Shown here piece after piece: positions 1 to 9,059 of a stretch of DNA of 64,000 bases. Made by a program: the position numbers and the translations under genes. The notes under the pieces were generated by a model. It ran no database searches. It worked only from the letters and a program-made list of their open reading frames with translations, and was not told the DNA's origin. Within the stretch, counting starts at the first letter, position 1. Each line of letters begins with the position of its first letter. The stretch is from an uncultured Actinomycetes bacterium (GTDB taxonomy: Bacteria > Actinomycetota > Thermoleophilia > Gaiellales > JAICJC01), in contig CAWEYE010000006.1 in assembly GCA_963813245.1 (NCBI GenBank), positions 42,815 to 106,814 of the forward strand, read 5' to 3'.

Positions 1-1457
1 CCGCCGCCGGGGTGTGCCCCGGCGCCGCACAGGTAGAGCCCGCGCACGCCCAGCCGGTGGCGGGCGAGCCCGATCACCGGCCGCCAGGCGAAGAACTGGT
101 CGAGCGCCGGCTCGGCGTGGTACAGGTGGCCGCCGGCGAGGCCGTACTCGCGCTCGATCGCGGCGGGCGTGAGGACGGCGGTGGCCGTGACCAGCCCGCC
201 GATGCCCGGTGCATGGCGCTCGAGCACGGCCAGCACCCGCTCGGCCACCTCGTCCGGCTCCGCGGCGTACGGCACCCACTGGGCAAGCACCGTCATCCGA
301 TGGCCGTCGGCCGCGCCGGGCTCGAACAGGGTGGGGATGGTGGCCTCGAGGGCGGGCCGCTCGCTCACCCGGCCGTACTTCCAGGCGTCGAACGCCTGCT
401 CGACGGCGTCGATCCCGGGCGCGAACACGAGCCGGCCGTGCAGCGCCTCCTCGCCCTCGACGCCGGTGAACGCCGGCAGCCCGCTCAGCGAGAGGTCGAG
501 CCGGGCGGTCGCCCCGGGCGTGCGGATGTTGCCCGCCCGCCAGCGCATCCGCGGGCCGGCCACCACGGGGTCGAGCCAGCCGGTGAGCACGGTCTTCGGG
601 TCGACGGCGCAGGCGACCACGGGGGCGGTGATCTGCTCGCCGCCTGCGAGCTCGATCCCCTCGATGCGGCCGCCGGGAGCCAGCAACCGCGCCACCTCGG
701 CGTCCGTGCGCACCTCCGCGCCGGCCGCCCGGGCCGCCCGGAAAAGCGCCAGCGCGAGCGCCGCCGGCCCGCCGCGCACGAAGGCCGTCTGGCCGGCGGC
801 TCCGCCGTCGTTTCCCGCCGAGTCGGACAGGAGCACGAGCGCCGTGCCCGCCGACCACGGCCCCATCGCCGTGAACTGCGTCCCGCGGACGGCCAGCGCC
901 GCCCGCACCGAGTCGTCGGCGAACCACTCGCCGACGAGGTCGGCCACCGCCATCGGCAGGACCCGGGTGAGCTCGCGGGCGGCCCGCGGGCCCAGACGGC
1001 GGTAGGCGCGGGCGAGCCGCAGCCCCGCCGCCGCATCGCCCAGGGCGGCGCGGTCGAGCCGGGGCGGGGTGGAGGCGGCCACCTCGGCCACGAATCCGGC
1101 CAGCTCGCGCAGGTGCGCGTCGAAGCCTGGGTAGGCGCCGGCGTCGGCCGGGCTGATCGCCGCAAGGCCGTCGGCCGTGCGCCGCGGGTCGGACCAGAAC
1201 GTGAGCGCGGGGGCGTCCTCGCGCAGCGCCGTCATGCGCACGTCGGGCCGGTGCAGATCGAGGCCGTGGCCGGGCAGGTCGAGGTCTGCGATCACCCCGG
1301 CCTGCAGGCGGCCGGCCGTGTGCAGCACCTCGGCGATGCCGCCGACCTCGGCCCGGCGCTCGAGCACCGCCACGCGGTGACCACCGCGGGCGAGGTAGGC
1401 GGCGCAGACGAGCCCGTTCACGCCGCCGCCCGCCACGATCACGTCATAGTCGGACAC
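1..1457 (-). CDS. NAD(P)/FAD-dependent oxidoreductase, phytoene-desaturase (CrtI)-like family; 3' end runs off the window
   Basis: Absent from the ORF track because it has no in-window stop. Hand translation of the minus frame from GTG 1457 gives VSDYDVIVAGGGVNGLVCAAYLARGGHRVAVLERR (GxGxxG dinucleotide fold). The frame is still open at base 1, where it reads GLYLCGAGAHPGGG, the same C-terminal motif as the paralog at 1444-3055. The start overlaps that paralog's stop by 14 nt. Confidence 0.8.
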   Translation of the reverse strand, partial: MSDYDVIVAGGGVNGLVCAAYLARGGHRVAVLERRAEVGGIAEVLHTAGRLQAGVIADLDLPGHGLDLHRPDVRMTALREDAPALTFWSDPRRTADGLAAISPADAGAYPGFDAHLRELAGFVAEVAASTPPRLDRAALGDAAAGLRLARAYRRLGPRAARELTRVLPMAVADLVGEWFADDSVRAALAVRGTQFTAMGPWSAGTALVLLSDSAGNDGGAAGQTAFVRGGPAALALALFRAARAAGAEVRTDAEVARLLAPGGRIEGIELAGGEQITAPVVACAVDPKTVLTGWLDPVVAGPRMRWRAGNIRTPGATARLDLSLSGLPAFTGVEGEEALHGRLVFAPGIDAVEQAFDAWKYGRVSERPALEATIPTLFEPGAADGHRMTVLAQWVPYAAEPDEVAERVLAVLERHAPGIGGLVTATAVLTPAAIEREYGLAGGHLYHAEPALDQFFAWRPVIGLARHRLGVRGLYLCGAGAHPGG

Positions 1458-3055
1458 GAACGCCCTTCCTGCGGCCGCGCTCTTTGAGGAGCTCGAGCGC
1501 CGCGATCCGCCCAGGGGCGCCCATGAGGCCGCCGCCGGGGTGCGCGCCCGAGCCGCACATCCACAGCCCCTCCACCGGGGTGCGGTAGCGCGCCCAGCCG
1601 GGCACCGGCCGGTTGAAGAAGAGCTGCTCGAGCGAGAGCTCGCCCTGGAAGATGTTGCCCTCGGTGAGCCCGATCCGCTGCTCGATGTCGCGCGGCGAGA
1701 GCACCTGCCGGCCGACGATCAGGCTGCGGATGTTCGGCGCCCGCTCGGCGATGGTGTCGATCACGGTGTCGCCGAAGGCATCGCGGGCGGCGTCGTCCCA
1801 TGCCGCCCCGCCGGCCAGGTGGTAGGGCGCGTACTGCACGAAGCAGCTCGACGACGTGCTTGCCCGGCGGCGCCATCGCCGGGTCGACCAGCGTGGGGAT
1901 GATCATGTCGATGTAGGGTCGCGCCGAGAAACGGCCGTACTTGGCGTCGTCGTAGGCGCGCTCCATGTAGTCGACCGACGGCGAGAAGCTGATCGCGCCA
2001 CGCAGATGCTCGCCCCGGCCGGGCAGGCAGGTGAAGTCGGGCAGGCCGTCCAGGGCGAGGTTGACCTTGCCCGACGAGCCGCGGAACTTGTACCGGCGCA
2101 GGTCGGCCTCGAACTCCGGATCGAGCGTGCCCGGCTCGAGCAGGCCCTGGAAGGTGACCCGGGGATCGGCGCTCGAGAGCACCGCCCCGGCCTCGAGCTC
2201 CTCGCCGGAGACGAGCGTGACCCCGGTCGCGCGGCCGCCGCGCACGTCGATCCGGGCCACCTCGGCCTCGGTGCGGATCTCGGCGCCCAGCTCCCGCGCC
2301 GCCGATGCGATCGCCAGGCTGACACCGCCGGTGCCGCCGCGGGGGATGCCCCAGGCGCGGAAGGCGCCGTCGATCTCGCCCATGTAGTGGTGCAGCAGCA
2401 CATAGGCGGTGCCGGGCGAGCGCACGCCCTGGAAGGTGCCGATGATGCCCGACGCCGACATGGTCGCCTTGAGCGGGTCGGTCTCGAACCACTGGTCGAG
2501 GAAGTCGGCCGCGCTCATGGTCATGAGCTGGATGAACGCGTCCTTCAGCCGCCGCGGCAGCTCGGCGAAGCTGCGGCCGAGGCCGGCCAGCGGCAGCCAC
2601 TGGCGCGGGTCGATGCGGCCCTGGTCGGGCGGGATGACGGACAGGATCGGCTTCACGAACCGGGCCATCTGCGCCATCGCGATCCCGTATTCGTCGTAGG
2701 CCTCGGCATCCGCAAGCGACCAGCGGCGCAGCTCGCGCAGCGTGCGGGCGTGGTCGTTCGTGCGCCACAGGTAGTCGTTCTCGAGCGGCGTCAGCGTCCC
2801 GTCGAGGGGCAGGATCTCGAGGCCGTGGCGGGGCAGCTCGAGCTCGCGCACGATCTCGGGCCGAAGCAGCGAGACGACGTAGGAGGCGACGCTGAAGCGA
2901 TACCCGGGCACGATCTCCTCGGTCACCGCCGCGCCGCCCAGCACGTCGCGGCGCTCGAGCACCACCGTGCGCAGGCCGGCGCGGGCGAGGTAGGCGGCCG
3001 TGACCAGGCCGTTGTGTCCCCCGCCGACCACGATCGCGTCGTATCTCTCCGGCAT
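1444..3055 (-). pseudogene. CrtI-like NAD(P)/FAD-dependent oxidoreductase paralog, interrupted by one frameshift near 1853
   Basis: ATG 3055 (MPERYDAIVVGGGHNGLVTAAYLARAG..., frame of ORF 1439..3157) reads sensibly up to ...PPGKHVV. The conserved continuation SSCFVQYAPYHLAGG...GLWMCGSGAHPGGGLMG is in the frame of ORF 1444..1839. The junction cacgtcGtcgagctgc (about 1852-1855) behaves as a 1-nt insertion. Confidence 0.8.
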
Positions 3056-3107
3056 CCGGGCGATGCTAGTGGAGACGAGCGGTGCCAGGCACCGTAAACT
3101 GCCCGGC

Positions 3108-4298
3108 GTGAGCGTCGGCACCCCCTTCCACGAGCGCACCGCGCCGCTCAACCGCAAGCTCGCCTGGGGCGACTGGGCCGGCTACGCGGCCGCCGCCGCC
3201 TACGCCGACCACCACGACATCGAGTACAACGCGATCCGCCAGGCGGCGGCGCTGATCGACGTCTCGCCGCTCTACAAGTACATCGTCTCCGGCGCCGACG
3301 CCCTGCGGCTCGTCGACCGCGTGATCACCCGCGACGCGACCCGGCTCGCCGTCGGCCAGGTCTTCTACACGCCGTGGTGCGACGAGCGCGGCAAGGTGAT
3401 CGACGACGGCACCATCTCGCGGCTCGACGAGTCGAGCTTCCGCTGGACGGCCGCCGACCCCTGCTACCGCTGGCTGCGCATGAACTCCGCCGGCCTCGAC
3501 GTCGAGGTGCGCGACGTCACCGATTCGCTGGGCGCGCTCGCGCTGCAGGGCCCGCGCGCACGGGCCGTGCTCGAGGCGGCAAGCGGCGCCGACTGGTCGG
3601 ACGTGGGCTACTTCCGCCGCCGGGCGGGGACGGTGGCCGGGATCGAGATCGACGTCACCCGCACCGGCTACACGGGCGATCTGGGCTACGAGCTGTGGGT
3701 CGACGCGGACAGCGCGCCTGCGCTCTGGGACGCGGTGATCGCGGCCGGTGCCGACCACGGCCTGCGCCCGGTCGGGATCCGGGCGATGGACGTCGCCCGG
3801 GTGGAGGCGGGCCTCGTGCTGATCGAGGTCGACTACACGAGCGCCCGCCTCGCGCTGACCGCCGAGCACGAGTACTCGCCGTTTGAGATCGGCCTCGGCC
3901 GGCTCGTGAATTTCGACAAGGCGGACTTCGTCGGCAAGCGGGTGCTCGCGGCCGAGCACGAGGCCGGGATCCCGGCTCGGCGGCTCGCCGGGATCGAGCT
4001 CGACTGGGGCGGGATCGAGGCGGCGTTCGCCCGCCACGGCCTGGCGCCGGCCGTCCAGGCGACCGTCAACCGCGATCCGATCCCGATCTTCTACGCCGGC
4101 GGTCAGGTCGGCCGCGCGACCAGCACGTGCTGGTCGCCGACGCTCAAGAAGATGATCGCGCTCGCTTCACTGGGTACGAGCCTGCGGCCGGACGCGCCGC
4201 TCGAGATCGAGTGGTCGGTCGAGGGCGAGCGCGGGAGGGTGGGGGCGAAGATCGTCGATCTGCCCTTCCTCGACCTCGACCGCAAGCGCGCTCCGTAG
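3108..4298 (+). CDS. Aminomethyltransferase-family folate-binding protein (GcvT-like)
   Basis: ORF 3000..4298 is GcvT-like throughout (IDVSPLYKYIVSG, ALALQGP, TRTGYTGDLGYELW, C-terminal barrel). The start is uncertain: GTG 3108 (VSVGTPFHERT) is preferred and ATG 3063 is possible. It is divergent from the gene starting at 3055. Confidence 0.85.
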   Translation: MSVGTPFHERTAPLNRKLAWGDWAGYAAAAAYADHHDIEYNAIRQAAALIDVSPLYKYIVSGADALRLVDRVITRDATRLAVGQVFYTPWCDERGKVIDDGTISRLDESSFRWTAADPCYRWLRMNSAGLDVEVRDVTDSLGALALQGPRARAVLEAASGADWSDVGYFRRRAGTVAGIEIDVTRTGYTGDLGYELWVDADSAPALWDAVIAAGADHGLRPVGIRAMDVARVEAGLVLIEVDYTSARLALTAEHEYSPFEIGLGRLVNFDKADFVGKRVLAAEHEAGIPARRLAGIELDWGGIEAAFARHGLAPAVQATVNRDPIPIFYAGGQVGRATSTCWSPTLKKMIALASLGTSLRPDAPLEIEWSVEGERGRVGAKIVDLPFLDLDRKRAP

Positions 4299-4307
4299 AC
4301 TTCGGGG

Positions 4308-4778
4308 ATGCCCGCCGCCCGCAAGCTGATCGTCGACAACCGCAAGGCCCGCCACGATTACCACATCCTCGAGCGGGTCGAGGCGGGCATCGCCCTGACC
4401 GGCACCGAGGTGAAGTCGCTGCGCGACGGCGGCGGCAACCTGCGCGAGGCCTACGCGCAGCTGCACGACGGCGAGGTGTTCCTGGTCGGCGCGAACATCG
4501 CCCCCTACCGGCAGGGCAACCTCCAGAATCACGAGCCCATGCGCGAGCGCAAGCTCCTGCTGCACCGGCACGAGATCGAGCAGCTCGGGCGCAAGGTGGC
4601 CGAGCGGGGCATGACGCTCGTGCCGCTGCAGCTGTACTTCGCCGACGGCCGGGTGAAGCTCGAGATCGGCCTCGCCCGCGGCAAGGAGGGCGTCGACAAG
4701 CGCCAGGCGATCGCCGAGCGCGACGCGAAGCGGCAGATGGACCGGGCCATGCGCGGGCTCGAGCGGCAGCGCCGGTGA
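4308..4778 (+). CDS. smpB: SsrA-binding protein SmpB
   Basis: ORF 4308..4778, 156 aa. It resembles SmpB over its full length (KLIVDNRKARHDYHILERVEAGIALTGTEVKSLR ... RKLLLHRHEI ... KLEIGLARGK). Its tmRNA partner lies at 10619. Confidence 0.97.
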   Translation: MPAARKLIVDNRKARHDYHILERVEAGIALTGTEVKSLRDGGGNLREAYAQLHDGEVFLVGANIAPYRQGNLQNHEPMRERKLLLHRHEIEQLGRKVAERGMTLVPLQLYFADGRVKLEIGLARGKEGVDKRQAIAERDAKRQMDRAMRGLERQRR

Positions 4779-5212
4779 GCGTCCGGCGGGCGCGCGCCGG
4801 CGATGCCGCGGGCATCGCGGCGGTGCTCGCCCAGCTCGGGTACGTGCTTGCGGCCGAGCTGGTGGCCGCGCGGCTCGCGGACCTCGACGCCGACGCGCGC
4901 TCGGCGGCACTCGTGGCGGAGCGGGACGGCCGTGTCGTGGGCCTGCTCACCCTGCACGTCGTGCCGGTCCTGCACGAGCCGGGCGGCTGGTGCCGGATCA
5001 CGGCGCTGGTCGTGGACGAGGCCGCGCGACGGGCCGGCGCGGGGCGGGCGCTCGTCTCGGCGGCGGAGGCGTTCGCCCGCGACGCGAGCTGTGCAAGGAT
5101 CGAGGTGACGAGCGCCCTGCACCGCGCGGGCGCGCACGAGTTCTACCGGGGAATGGGGTTCGAGCAGGTGTCGGAGCACTTCCTGAAGCGGCTGGCGGCG
5201 GCGCATGGGTGA
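4775..5212 (+). CDS. GNAT family N-acetyltransferase
   Basis: In-frame GTG 4775 overlaps the smpB stop (GTGA). VSVRRARAGDAAGIAAVL ... RITALVVDEAARRAGAGRALV ... FYRGMGF matches the GNAT acetyl-CoA-binding core. The upstream part of ORF 4127..5212 is an out-of-frame shadow of smpB. Confidence 0.85.
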   Translation: MSVRRARAGDAAGIAAVLAQLGYVLAAELVAARLADLDADARSAALVAERDGRVVGLLTLHVVPVLHEPGGWCRITALVVDEAARRAGAGRALVSAAEAFARDASCARIEVTSALHRAGAHEFYRGMGFEQVSEHFLKRLAAAHG

Positions 5213-5636
5213 CGTCGAGGCGTACTGGCGCCGGTTCGTCGCGGCGACGGGCATCGACGGCCCGTACACCGCCTGGGGGTTCGGCAACAGCGAGGAGATG
5301 GCCACCGAGCTCGGCCTGCTCGTCCGCGACGGCCCCAAGCGGGCCACGGCGAGCCTGCGCACCGCTTACGACGGTGACGAGCCGATGCCGCGCGCCGGCG
5401 ACCTCGGCGTGATCCTGGACGGGCGCGGCCGGCCGCTGTGCGTCGTCCGCACCACGGGCGTCGAGGTGCGCCGGTTCGGCGACGTCGATGCGGAGTTCGC
5501 ATGGACCGAGGGCGAGGGCGATCGCAGCCTCGAGTTCTGGCGCGAGGCGCATATCCGCTTCTTCGCAGAGGGGGGCGAGCCCGTCTCCGAGGACACCGAG
5601 GTCGTCCTCGAGCGATTCGAGCTCCTGTGGGCGTAG
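5205..5636 (+). CDS. ASCH domain-containing protein
   Basis: ORF 5205..5636 (ATG). ASCH-like pattern (YWRRF...AWGFG...LVRDGPKRATAS...EFAWTEGEGDRSLEFWREAH). It overlaps the GNAT gene by 8 nt. Confidence 0.8.
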   Translation: MGDVEAYWRRFVAATGIDGPYTAWGFGNSEEMATELGLLVRDGPKRATASLRTAYDGDEPMPRAGDLGVILDGRGRPLCVVRTTGVEVRRFGDVDAEFAWTEGEGDRSLEFWREAHIRFFAEGGEPVSEDTEVVLERFELLWA

Positions 5637-5637
5637 C

Positions 5638-6039
5638 TCAGCCCGCGGGGATGTTGGCGCTGAATCCCCACAGGTGGCCGTCCGGGTCGCGGAACGCCGC
5701 GTTGCGCACGCCCCAGGGACGGTCGACCGGGCCGTAGACGATCGAGACGCCACGCTTTGCGAGCTCGGTGCAGAGAGCGTCCGCGTCGTCCACGAAGATC
5801 GCGAGCTGCGAGCTCGCCCCCGAATCGGAATCGGCCACGGGTACCTGCCCGAGCATCTCCTTCTCGGCCTTGCCACGCGTGACGAGGCGCAGGAACAGGT
5901 TGTCGAGCTTGAAGATCACCGTGCCCTCTTCCTCGTCGACCGCGGCGATCTCGAACACGCGCTCGTAGAACTCCTTCGACCGCTGCGGGTCCTCGACGAA
6001 CAGCGTGATCACATTGACGGACCGAAGCGATTGAACCAT
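5638..6039 (-). CDS. VOC (glyoxalase/bleomycin-resistance) family protein
   Basis: ORF 5638..6039, 133 aa. VOC-fold pattern (NVITLFVEDPQRSKEFYERVF ... AFRDPDGHLWGF). It is convergent with the ASCH gene, 1 nt apart. Confidence 0.85.
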   Translation of the reverse strand: MVQSLRSVNVITLFVEDPQRSKEFYERVFEIAAVDEEEGTVIFKLDNLFLRLVTRGKAEKEMLGQVPVADSDSGASSQLAIFVDDADALCTELAKRGVSIVYGPVDRPWGVRNAAFRDPDGHLWGFSANIPAG

Positions 6040-6175
6040 CTCCCAGGACCTCCATCTCGGTGTGAGCGCGCCTTGTGCCGCAGGGAAGTAGACGGTGCAT
6101 CGAACCGGGAATCATCGCTGGGCGCCGACGCGCTGCTCATTTGATGCAGGCGACGCAAAACTACACTGGGTCTGT

Positions 6176-6550
6176 ATGCGCCTCGAAGTCCGATTCCAGG
6201 CCGTCCCGGTCGAGGGCATGCGCGCGTTCCTCGAGCCGCTCGGCTACCGCTTCGACTGGGGGCCGGAGTTGGACGGGATCGGCTTCCACTGGCGCAAGCT
6301 GCCGCTGTCGGGGACGGGCGTGCGCGCGACCTACTTCCCCGACGGGGGCGAGGGGCTGCTGACGATCGAGACCGACGGCCAGGCGTCGGCCGCCGACGCC
6401 GCGATGCAGGACGTCACCGCCCGCCTCCTGGCGGAGCGGTTCGAGGGCGTGTCCGTGTGGTGTGCGACGACCGACCGGCCCGAGTACGCGGGCGGGCAGC
6501 CGGCCGAGCCGCCGGCGCCGGGCGCCGATCCGCCCGCCTGGTACTCGTGA
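6176..6550 (+). CDS. Hypothetical protein
   Basis: ATG 6176 (MRLEVRFQAVPVEG...) lies inside ORF 6095..6550. Codon bias looks coding (G/C at position 3). I recognise no family. Confidence 0.5.
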   Translation: MRLEVRFQAVPVEGMRAFLEPLGYRFDWGPELDGIGFHWRKLPLSGTGVRATYFPDGGEGLLTIETDGQASAADAAMQDVTARLLAERFEGVSVWCATTDRPEYAGGQPAEPPAPGADPPAWYS

Positions 6551-6636
6551 GCGACGCGGCGATGTGCACCTTGCGTACCTGCCCCTGCGCCGATACCCTT
6601 GTTGCCTGTTGTCACTCATGTCGCTCGGGAGGTGGC

Positions 6637-6921
6637 ATGCCCAGGTACCTGGTGGAGCGCACGTTCACCGTCGCGATCGACGAGATGTCGCCGGTGGGAC
6701 GGGAGTCGAAACGGCTCACCAAGGAGGTGTTCACCGGGGTGACCTGGGAGCACAGCCACGTCGTCGTGACCGCCGACGGAACGGTGCGAACCTACTGCGT
6801 CTACGACGCTCCGGACGAGGCGACTGTCCATGAGCACGCGCTCGCTCTGGGCCAGCACCACGTGGATGTGGTGCATGAGATCGCGGGCGACGTGTCGCCC
6901 GACGACTACCCTGACGTCTGA
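6637..6921 (+). CDS. DUF4242-like small protein
   Basis: ATG 6637 is preceded by GGGAGG. MPRYLVERTF...TVRTYCVYDAPDEATVHEHA resembles the DUF4242 family. The 3' end overlaps the convergent cyclase gene by 16 nt. Confidence 0.7.
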   Translation: MPRYLVERTFTVAIDEMSPVGRESKRLTKEVFTGVTWEHSHVVVTADGTVRTYCVYDAPDEATVHEHALALGQHHVDVVHEIAGDVSPDDYPDV

Positions 6922-9023
6922 CCCGGATCCGGGCCGGCCGGGCTGCGCCGCTGTCCGCGCACGTCCTGGACGTGCCAGCTGGCCTGGTACGCAATGGCGA
7001 ACTGGCGCCGGATCTCGGCATGGCGAGCCGATTCCTCCGGGATAAGGTCGAGCGCCTCCTTGTACAGCTCGACGGCGTGCTGCTTCGCCCAGCCCCGGCC
7101 CGCCTGCTCGGCCGCCCGCACGAAGTGCTCGACCGCGCGCTCGGCATCGCCCGCCTCGCGCCAGTGGCGCGCGAGCGGGGCGGTCGTCTCGCCCCCCGCG
7201 GACGTCTCGTGCTCGAGGAACTGCGCGACCCTCCGGTGGCGCTCTCTGCGCTGGGGACGGGTGAGCATGTCGTAGGCGGCGTCGCGGATCAGCACGTGCT
7301 TGAACGCGTACTGCGGGTCGCCCTCGATCGCCGACTCGCGGTCGCGCCGGATGAGGTCGCGTCGCTCGAGCGCGCCGAGGACGTCCCTGAGCTGACCGGC
7401 ATCGTCGGTAACTGCGCCGAGCGCACCCTGCCAGAACACCTTGCCGACGACCGCGGCGTCGAGGAGCACCGACCGCTCCTCCGGCGGGAGCGAGTCCAGG
7501 CGGGCGGTGACGATCCCTCGGATGGTCGTCGGCAGCGTCTCGTTCAGGAGCGCATTCTCGGCTCGTTCCAGGGCGACCGCCGCCAGCTGCTCGATGAAGA
7601 GTGGGTTCCCCTCTGCCGTCGTCGAGACGTGGGCTGCGAGAGCCGAGAGCGAGTCCGTCCCGGAACCGCCCAGAAGCTCATCCGCGAGCTTCCGGGACTC
7701 GTCCTCTGCGAGCGGCTGGAGGGAGAGCGCGGTATACGCCGGCAGGCCACCGCCCCAGCTCGGACGCGCGTCGAGCAGCTCCGGCCGCGCCAGGACGAGC
7801 AGCACGACCGGGCTCCCGCGCAGCTGGGCGCCGAGGAGCTCGACCAGATCGAGCAGGCTCGGGTCGGCCCAGTGCAGGTCCTCAAACACGAGCATGGTGG
7901 GACGGTCCTCTGCGACCGCCTCGATGAAGCAGCGCACCGAGAAGAACAGCGTCTCGCGGTCGTCCACCGTCTGCTCCGGCTCGAGTCCGATCAGGATGCC
8001 GAGATGGCTCGTGACGGCATCCGCGTCGACGGCGCCGAGGCCGTCCACGGTCCGCCTGAGCTTCGCGCGCCCGACCTCGAGCGGGTCGCTGTCGAAGATC
8101 CCGGCGAGCTGCTTCACCTGGGCGGCGAACGCCCCGTAGGCGCTGCTCTCGCGGTATGGCAGCGAGCGGCCGCGCACCACCCTCCCGCCGGCGTCCCTCA
8201 CCGCGACCGAGAACTCGGCCGAGAGCCGCGTCTTGCCCACGCCGGGAGGTGCGAGCACCGTGACGAGATGGGGCGTGGCGGTTTCCTCCGCCTGTGCCCA
8301 GATCTGGCGCAGGTGCTGCATCTCGCGTTCCCGGCCGACGATCGGGCGGCGCGGGGCGGGCTCTGACCGGCTCGGAGAGTCCAGCGCCGGGCGGGCCTGG
8401 AGCGGTGTCGACTTGCCCTTGGCCGCGATCGAGATCACGTCGCCGTACGTGACCGCATCTCGCGTGCACGCGTAGGTCTCGAGCCCTGCCAAGATGCCGT
8501 CCGCGGGCGCGTTCTGCTGCAGGCGTGCGGCCATGTTCACGACATCTCCCGCCACCATCCCCTCGCCCAGCTCCGGCCGCGCCCCCACCGTCACCAGGGC
8601 GTCGCCGGTGTTGACCCCGATCCGCACGTGCAGGTCGAGCGCCGCATCTGCGCGGTTCAGCTCCCCAATCGCGGTCCGCACGGCCAGAGCGGCGCGAACG
8701 GCTCGCTCGGGATCGTCGCCATACGCGGTCGGCGCACCGAAGATGCCGACGACGGCATCGCCGATGAACTTCTCGGTGACGCCGCCGAAGGACTCGATCT
8801 CCAGCCGCACACGGTCGTGATAGCTGCGCAGGATCGCGCCGAGGTCCTCGGGATCGAGCCGTTCCGCTCGCGACGTGAACGCGACCATGTCGACGAAGAG
8901 CACCGTGACGACACGCCGCTCCTCCCGCGGCTCGAGTTCCTCGCCTCCGATCGCCCGGCCGCACGAGAAGCAGAAGCGGGCGGCCGCGGGGTTCTCCTGC
9001 GCGCAGGAAGAACAGGTGACCAT
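6906..9023 (-). CDS. Class III adenylate/guanylate cyclase fused to an AAA/STAND ATPase and helical repeat region
   Basis: ORF 6906..9029 (ATG 9023; GTG 9029 is an alternative). It has an N-terminal CSSC..CFSC zinc ribbon and a cyclase core (VVTVLFVDMVAFTSRAE, FIGDAVVGIFGAP, VRIGVNTGDALV). A P-loop (APPGVGKTRL) and a long helical C-terminus follow. Confidence 0.85.
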   Translation of the reverse strand: MVTCSSCAQENPAAARFCFSCGRAIGGEELEPREERRVVTVLFVDMVAFTSRAERLDPEDLGAILRSYHDRVRLEIESFGGVTEKFIGDAVVGIFGAPTAYGDDPERAVRAALAVRTAIGELNRADAALDLHVRIGVNTGDALVTVGARPELGEGMVAGDVVNMAARLQQNAPADGILAGLETYACTRDAVTYGDVISIAAKGKSTPLQARPALDSPSRSEPAPRRPIVGREREMQHLRQIWAQAEETATPHLVTVLAPPGVGKTRLSAEFSVAVRDAGGRVVRGRSLPYRESSAYGAFAAQVKQLAGIFDSDPLEVGRAKLRRTVDGLGAVDADAVTSHLGILIGLEPEQTVDDRETLFFSVRCFIEAVAEDRPTMLVFEDLHWADPSLLDLVELLGAQLRGSPVVLLVLARPELLDARPSWGGGLPAYTALSLQPLAEDESRKLADELLGGSGTDSLSALAAHVSTTAEGNPLFIEQLAAVALERAENALLNETLPTTIRGIVTARLDSLPPEERSVLLDAAVVGKVFWQGALGAVTDDAGQLRDVLGALERRDLIRRDRESAIEGDPQYAFKHVLIRDAAYDMLTRPQRRERHRRVAQFLEHETSAGGETTAPLARHWREAGDAERAVEHFVRAAEQAGRGWAKQHAVELYKEALDLIPEESARHAEIRRQFAIAYQASWHVQDVRGQRRSPAGPDPGQTSG

Positions 9024-9059
9024 GAGCACAAGGCTACCGCTTCCGCCGAGGCGCCCCCC

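Noticed and set aside
12-1487. 491-aa plus-strand ORF (and several nested ORFs) covering the first 1.5 kb
   Set aside because: Its Arg/Pro/Gly/Ala-rich, low-complexity translation is antisense to a clearly conserved FAD-oxidoreductase frame on the minus strand. This is a typical shadow ORF of high-GC DNA.
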